A stretch of DNA of 33,224 nt, from the NCBI GenBank assembly GCA_964392555.1, contig CAYMRG010000001.1:19842-53065 (forward strand). The letters are read 5' to 3'. The stretch is from an uncultured candidatus Brocadiaceae bacterium. Its GTDB lineage: Bacteria; Planctomycetota; UBA1135; UBA2386. The position numbers and the translations under genes are program-made. The notes beneath the pieces were generated by a model that saw only the letters and a list, made by a program, of their open reading frames with translations, made no database searches and was not told the origin of the DNA. Below, in pieces: positions 6,097-11,802 of this stretch; the first letter of the stretch is position 1, and every line of letters starts with the position of its first letter.

Positions 6097-7560
6097 TCAG
6101 ATCGAGTCCCGCCACTCGCGAACGAGTTGCTCCACGGTCTGCTCGAGCCACGACTCGAACTCGACCCCGACCTCGGCATAGGACTGGGCCAAGGTCATCA
6201 AGAATGGCCGCTTGCACGCGATACGTGCAGCAACCGGTCGATCCGTCGAATCGGGGCCGAGCAGCACGAAGAAGGCATTGACTGCGATGACTGGATTGCG
6301 CACCACGAAATGGACGGACACAGCCATTTCCGCTGTGTTGCCAGCGGATGCCGCAAGATCGACCCTACGGATCTTCAGTACCGAATGGATCGCCGGCCGC
6401 GAGACGTCGACCTCGTAGCCCAAGGTTCTGGCCACAGCGACAACCTCCGAGATGCGCCCGCTCGCTTCGACATGTGAATGGACGGGCAGCCCGCTTTGGT
6501 CGAAGTCCCTCTTGAGGCTCTCGAACCGGGAATGCACGCGGTTGCCAATCGCGTGAGCGTAGCCATGAAGATCCTCTGGCAAGCCTGACTGGCTTGCCAG
6601 ACGCCACCTTGCCTCTTCGATGATCGAAGAAACCCCACTCATCGAACCCTGGGACCGCAGGGGAAGCTGAAGGACACGCAAGATGTGGAGTCGTTGCAGG
6701 TCGCGAAACAGCTCAACCAATGGTCGCAAGTTGCCGGCGTCTGCATTCTCCAGAGCTTGTATGTAGGCAACGCGGTTGTCGCGAGACACGATGAGCGGAA
6801 GAGACCCGGCCCGTAGAAACACCAACGTTGCGAGAGCTCTGGCGACCCTGCCGTTTCCGTCCTGGAACGGATGGATCTGCGTGAACCGGTGGTGAAGCCA
6901 CGCGGCCTCGATGTCGAACGGCACACCGGCGCCCATGTGCTGCGAGTGCATCTCCAGCAGCCTCTCCATTTCCTGCGCAACGTGGACTGGTGGGCAGTAC
7001 TCATGCACTGCGCGGCCCGTTCCAACGTCGGCGGGATCGTTTGGCAGCGTCTTCCAGTCGCCCTTCACAACCGAAACCATGACGCAGTTTCCCTGACTGT
7101 CGATCGCCTCGGCGGCATCCTGGTGGCGCAGCAGCACCTGGTGCAACTCCTTCACGTAGGATGAGGTCAGCACGCGCTTGCGCGAAACGAACGCAAACAG
7201 CCCTTCCGCGGCTTCCTTGTGGTCATCGAGGATCGTCAGCAACTTCCCCGCTGGAAGGTCGCTGTCGCCGTGACCGATCATCGCAGCGTCGAAGCCCTGT
7301 TCCACCAAGGTCCGAGTTACGCCTTCGTCCAAGGTGTAGATCCGCTCGAGAATCCCCGTCTCGATGCTCCAACTGCGAACGAGCCGGGCGATGAACTCCG
7401 CCACCAACGCCTGCCCTTCCTGGGTGGACTCCAATTCGTGGCGCTTCAGCAACCACTGGTCGAGAAGTGCCTGGGTCTCGGTGGAGTGCCACTGCCGCCA
7501 ACCTGACGGCAGGTCTTCGATGGGAGTCCAACGGTGACCACGCTTCCTAGCCGCGCTCAT
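6097..7560 (-). CDS. fic: Fic/DOC-family protein (AMPylase-type active site) with an uncharacterised ~190-aa C-terminal extension
   Basis: Canonical Fic motif HPFQDGNGRVAR at nt 6838-6873. Fic_N-like SWSIETGILERIY at the N-terminus. GC and codon usage are clearly lower than in the neighbouring genes. Confidence 0.9.
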   Translation of the reverse strand: MSAARKRGHRWTPIEDLPSGWRQWHSTETQALLDQWLLKRHELESTQEGQALVAEFIARLVRSWSIETGILERIYTLDEGVTRTLVEQGFDAAMIGHGDSDLPAGKLLTILDDHKEAAEGLFAFVSRKRVLTSSYVKELHQVLLRHQDAAEAIDSQGNCVMVSVVKGDWKTLPNDPADVGTGRAVHEYCPPVHVAQEMERLLEMHSQHMGAGVPFDIEAAWLHHRFTQIHPFQDGNGRVARALATLVFLRAGSLPLIVSRDNRVAYIQALENADAGNLRPLVELFRDLQRLHILRVLQLPLRSQGSMSGVSSIIEEARWRLASQSGLPEDLHGYAHAIGNRVHSRFESLKRDFDQSGLPVHSHVEASGRISEVVAVARTLGYEVDVSRPAIHSVLKIRRVDLAASAGNTAEMAVSVHFVVRNPVIAVNAFFVLLGPDSTDRPVAARIACKRPFLMTLAQSYAEVGVEFESWLEQTVEQLVREWRDSI

Positions 7561-7706
7561 GCCACAACAAGCCTACCCAGAACTGCTATGGACGAAATGG
7601 CACTGCGGATCGACCGTTCGCGACATGTGCCATTCGCGTCCCGCCGGGCCGCGCAGCGATGCGGCCGCGTAGGGCCCGTGGTATCCCTTCCGCCCGGAGA
7701 TCGAAC

Positions 7707-8519
7707 ATGAAGCTCGCCACATCCCTCACGCTGCTCGCCGCGTTCGCGAACAACGCCTTCGCCCAGGAACCCGCGAAGGAGCCGCCGAAGCCGGCTCCCG
7801 CCGAGAAGCCGGCCGACCCGACGACGGGCAAGCCGACCGGTGACAAACCAGCCACCGACCAGCCCAAGCCCGACCAGGGCGCGCCGAAGGTGCTGCAGCT
7901 CGGCCAGCGCCTCGACGGCAACGTGACGCTGCTCGACATCGACGGCAAGTCGCAGAAGGCCCACGACCTGATGGGCACGGTCACCGTCGTCAGCTTCTAC
8001 TCGATCCAGTGCCCGGTCCAGGCCGCCTGGGATCGCCGCCTCGCCGACATCCAGAAGGATTTCGCGGCGCAGGGCGTGACCTTCCTGCACATCGACAGCA
8101 ACGTCACCGAGATCGGTGCCGAGCCGACGAAGGCCGAGGGCGACGCGAAGCCGTATGCGAACATCCGCGACCACCTGAAGGCGAAGGATCTGCCGTTCCG
8201 CGTATTCGTCGACCACGGCAACAAGGTGGCGGACCTGTTCGACGCGAAGACCACGCCGCATGTCTACGTGTTCGGCAAGGATGGTCGGCTCGTCTACCGG
8301 GGCCTCGTCGACGACGACCAGAAGGACCGCAACCAGGAAGGCCGCACCAACCACCTGCGCGACGTGCTCGGCAAGCTGCTGAAGGACGAGAAGGTCGAGC
8401 CGTTCGCGACCAAGGAGCAAGGCTGCTCGATCAAGCGCGTCGACGCCGGCGGGCGCGGCCAGGGTCGCCGCAACGGCGGACCCGGTCGTCGACCGCGCGG
8501 CGAGGGCAATGGCCAGTAG
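7707..8519 (+). CDS. Secreted redoxin/AhpC-TSA-like thioredoxin-fold protein (1-Cys CPVQ variant) with a Pro/Lys-rich N-terminal linker
   Basis: GGAGA lies 6 nt upstream of ATG 7707. Signal peptide MKLATSLTLLAAFANNAFAQ. VVSFYSIQCPVQAAW sits at the CxxC position, and the C-terminal GCSIKR is typical of this redoxin subgroup. Confidence 0.75.
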   Translation: MKLATSLTLLAAFANNAFAQEPAKEPPKPAPAEKPADPTTGKPTGDKPATDQPKPDQGAPKVLQLGQRLDGNVTLLDIDGKSQKAHDLMGTVTVVSFYSIQCPVQAAWDRRLADIQKDFAAQGVTFLHIDSNVTEIGAEPTKAEGDAKPYANIRDHLKAKDLPFRVFVDHGNKVADLFDAKTTPHVYVFGKDGRLVYRGLVDDDQKDRNQEGRTNHLRDVLGKLLKDEKVEPFATKEQGCSIKRVDAGGRGQGRRNGGPGRRPRGEGNGQ

Positions 8520-9066
8520 CGGCGCGCGCCGCGGCGCAGCCGCGCTGCTGCTCGCGCTGGGTGGCTGCGGCGGTGCCGAGCCGGCGATGGTTGCGTCGAC
8601 ATCGGCCGCGCCGACGCTCGACCGCCTGACGGTCACGCCCACCGACACCGAGGGCATCATCGACTGGCTGCGCCAGCAGCACGGCAAGCCGGTGTTGAGC
8701 AACTACTGGGCGACCTGGTGCGCGCCGTGCCTCGCCGAGCTGCCGGATCTGCTCGCCGGCACGCGCGAGTTCCGCCGCAGCGGTGGCGTCGTCGTCGGCA
8801 TCGCGATGGAACGCATGGTCGAGGATCTCGACGTCGCCACGGCGCTCGCCAAGGCGCGTGCCAAGGCCGAAGAACTGCACCTCGACTTCCCGGTGCTCGT
8901 CTGCACCGACGACGACATGAACCGGATCCGCAAGGTGCTCGGCGTCGAGCTCGGGGGCTTTCCGCAGACGCTCACCTACGACCGCACCGGCAAGCTCGTT
9001 GCCCAGCACGAAGGCATCGCCGACGCCGGCGAGTTCTCGGCCCTGGCCAGCGACGCCGAGCGCTGA
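8509..9066 (+). CDS. TlpA/ResA-like thiol:disulfide oxidoreductase lipoprotein
   Basis: Lipobox LALGGC. Thioredoxin motif NYWATWCAPCLAELP. Overlaps the upstream redoxin gene by 11 nt. Confidence 0.85.
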   Translation: MASSGARRGAAALLLALGGCGGAEPAMVASTSAAPTLDRLTVTPTDTEGIIDWLRQQHGKPVLSNYWATWCAPCLAELPDLLAGTREFRRSGGVVVGIAMERMVEDLDVATALAKARAKAEELHLDFPVLVCTDDDMNRIRKVLGVELGGFPQTLTYDRTGKLVAQHEGIADAGEFSALASDAER

Positions 9067-9123
9067 CCCGGGAGGTCGCCGAATCGCCCAAGGCAAGGCC
9101 GGTTCCGCGCCGATAGCCGGCGC

Positions 9124-11802
9124 ATGCACGCCAGGTCGAACTCGCCCAGGATCACCGTTCCCGCCGCGCTCGCGACCGCGCTGGTCGCGCTGCTGACCTT
9201 CGCCGCCTGCGGCGGCAGCGGCGGCAACGTGTCGGTCGGGCCGCGCGCGCCGACGTCGGTGCAGTATTCGACCAACCCGGTGGTCTACACGGTCGACGTG
9301 GCGATCCCCGCCAACGTGCCGACGGTGTCGGGCGCGGCGGCGACGTCGTTCACGGTCGACCCGTCGCTGCCGGCCGGGCTCGCGCTCGATCCGACGACCG
9401 GCAACGTGTCGGGCACACCCACGCAGGTGTCGACCGCGACGAACTACACGGTGACCGCCGCCAACGACCACGGCAGCGCTTCGGTCCAGCTCGAGATCCG
9501 CGTCGCGCCGCTCGCGATCGCGATCACCACGCAGCCGACCGCCCAGAACGTCCACGTCGGTGACACCGCGACCTTCCACGTCGTGGTCGCCGCCACCGGC
9601 ACGATCACCTACCAGTGGCAGCGCAACGGCCTGCCGATCCCCGGCGCGAACCTCGCCGACTACACGACGCCGGTGCTCGCGCACGGCGACGACGCGGTCT
9701 ACTCGGTCGCGGCCAACGATGCCTACGGTGGCTCGGTGACCAGCGACCACGTGCAGCTCGTGGTGACCGTCGGCTCGTTCACGGCCGGCCCGAGCCTGCA
9801 GCACGGTCGCTTCGACCACTCGGCGTCGCCGCTGCCGAACGGCCGGATCCTGCTGGCCGGCGGCACCGACGTCGTCGCGCTGGCGACTGCCGAGATCCTC
9901 GATCCGTTCACCGCGACGACCGCGGCGACGGCGAGCATGACCGAGGCACGCACGCAACATCGCGCGACGGCGCTCGCCGACGGCGCCGTGCTGGTGACCG
10001 GTGGCGGCACCAACGTGCTGTTCTCACTGCCGCTGACGATCTCGGCGACCGCCGAGACGTTCGACGCGGCGACCGGCGCGTGGACCGCGACGACCGGCGT
10101 CATGACGAGCCCGCGCGCGCAGCACTCGGCGACGCGCCTGCCGAACGGCAAGGTGTTGATCGCCGGCGGCACCAACGGCAGCGGCGCGGTCGCGACCGCC
10201 GAACTGTTCGATCCGGCGACGCGCACGTTCACGGCGACGGGCGCCATGGCGAGCGCCCGCCAGGCCCACACGGCCACGCTGCTGCCGAACGGCAAGGTGC
10301 TGGTCACCGGCGGCCTGTTGGGCCTGACGTCGGTCGCCAGCGCCGAGCTCTACGACCCCGCCTCGGGCACGTTCACCACCGCCGCGGCGATGACCACGGC
10401 GCGCAGCCGCCACGCCGCCGCCATGCTGCCCGACGGCCGCGTGCTGATCGCCGGCGGCAGCGACCTGATCGCCCCGGGCATCGCGTCGGCCGAGACCTTC
10501 GACCCGGCGACGGCGACGTTCACGGCCACCGATTCGCTCGGCGCCGGCCACGCGCAACCGATCCTCGCGGCGATGCCCAACGGCAAGCTGCTGCTCGCCG
10601 GCGGCACGCTGAACGGCACGCCGGTGGTGCAGGCGGAGGTCTACGACGCGGCCAGCGCGACGTTCGGCCGCACCGGCGACACCCTCGTCGCGCGCACCGG
10701 CACGACCGCGTCGCTGCTGCCCGACGGCAAGGTCCTGCTCGTCGGCGGCGCGAACGGCAACGTCGGCATCGCCACGACCGAGATCTACGACGCCGAGGAC
10801 GTCGTGCCCGAGCAGTTCACGGCGACCGGCAGCATGGCGACCGCGCGCGTGTCGGCCACGTTCACGTTGCTGCCCGACGGCCGCGTGCTCGCGGTCGGCG
10901 GTGCGGGTTCGGCCTCGGCCGAGGTGTACTCGCCCGCGAACGGCACCTGGAGCGCAACCACCGGTGCGCCGACGACCGCGCGCAGCGAACACACCGCGAC
11001 GCTGCTGCCGAACGGCAAGGTCCTGCTCGTCGGCGGCACCAACGGCACCACGGAGCTGGCGACCGCCGAACTGTTCGATCCGGCGACCGGTTCGTTCACC
11101 GCGACCACCGGCAGCCTCGGCGCCGCACGCCGCGGCCACACCGCGACGCTGCTCGGCAACGGCCAGGTGCTGGTCGCCGGCGGCGTCGCCAGTGCGACCG
11201 GCCTCGCGTCGGCCGAACTCTACGACCCGACGACCCAGACCTTCGCCGCGACGGGCGCGCTCAACGCGGCGCGGTCCGCGTTCACGGCGACGCTGCTCGG
11301 CAACGGCCAGGTGCTCGTCGTCGGCGGCTACGCCAGCGGCATCGTCGCCTCGGCCGAACTCTACGACCCGACGAGCGGCACGTTCGCGACCACTGGCGCG
11401 CCGACGACCGATGTCTACACGCACGCCGCGGTGCGGTTGCCCGACGGCCGCGTGCTGATCGTCGGCGGGCTCGCCGGTTCGGGCCCCTCGTCCGACGCAT
11501 TCACCTTCGACCCCGCGACCGGCACGTTCAGCGCGAGCGGCGGCATGAGCCATGCCCGCACCTACCCGCAGGCGTGCCTGCTGCCCGACGGCCGCGTGCT
11601 CGCCTCCGGCGGCTTCGCTTCACCGACCGAGCACCTGGTCGGCGAGCTGTTCGATCCGGCGGCCGGGACCTGGTCCGACACCGGCGCGGCGACCGCGGTG
11701 CACATCCGCACCGGCGCCGTGCTGCTCCGGACCGGCGCGGTGCTGATCGCGGGCGGCGTTTCGGGCGTGACGGCGCTCGCGAGCTGCGATCTCTACCGCT
11801 GA
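9124..11802 (+). CDS. Lipoprotein with two N-terminal Ig-like domains and 14 Kelch-type beta-propeller repeats
   Basis: Lipobox LTFAAC. Ig-like segments (...LPAGLALDPTTGNVSGTP...; TYQWQRNGLPIPGA). Then 14 repeats of aRxxHTATLLPNGKVLvaGG. Confidence 0.85.
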   Translation: MHARSNSPRITVPAALATALVALLTFAACGGSGGNVSVGPRAPTSVQYSTNPVVYTVDVAIPANVPTVSGAAATSFTVDPSLPAGLALDPTTGNVSGTPTQVSTATNYTVTAANDHGSASVQLEIRVAPLAIAITTQPTAQNVHVGDTATFHVVVAATGTITYQWQRNGLPIPGANLADYTTPVLAHGDDAVYSVAANDAYGGSVTSDHVQLVVTVGSFTAGPSLQHGRFDHSASPLPNGRILLAGGTDVVALATAEILDPFTATTAATASMTEARTQHRATALADGAVLVTGGGTNVLFSLPLTISATAETFDAATGAWTATTGVMTSPRAQHSATRLPNGKVLIAGGTNGSGAVATAELFDPATRTFTATGAMASARQAHTATLLPNGKVLVTGGLLGLTSVASAELYDPASGTFTTAAAMTTARSRHAAAMLPDGRVLIAGGSDLIAPGIASAETFDPATATFTATDSLGAGHAQPILAAMPNGKLLLAGGTLNGTPVVQAEVYDAASATFGRTGDTLVARTGTTASLLPDGKVLLVGGANGNVGIATTEIYDAEDVVPEQFTATGSMATARVSATFTLLPDGRVLAVGGAGSASAEVYSPANGTWSATTGAPTTARSEHTATLLPNGKVLLVGGTNGTTELATAELFDPATGSFTATTGSLGAARRGHTATLLGNGQVLVAGGVASATGLASAELYDPTTQTFAATGALNAARSAFTATLLGNGQVLVVGGYASGIVASAELYDPTSGTFATTGAPTTDVYTHAAVRLPDGRVLIVGGLAGSGPSSDAFTFDPATGTFSASGGMSHARTYPQACLLPDGRVLASGGFASPTEHLVGELFDPAAGTWSDTGAATAVHIRTGAVLLRTGAVLIAGGVSGVTALASCDLYR
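9775..11799 (+). repeat. Array of 14 Kelch-like coding repeats (about 47-50 codons each)
   Basis: I counted 14 occurrences of the LLP(N/D)G(K/R)VL..GG core in the translation. Confidence 0.8.

Noticed and set aside
6107-7645. Shared 8-mer GTCCCGCC near both ends of the fic island (6107-6114 and 7638-7645) as possible insertion-site direct repeats
   Set aside because: An 8-nt GC-rich match is expected by chance in this genome. The left copy lies inside the fic coding region. There is no integrase, tRNA or transposase to support a mobile element.
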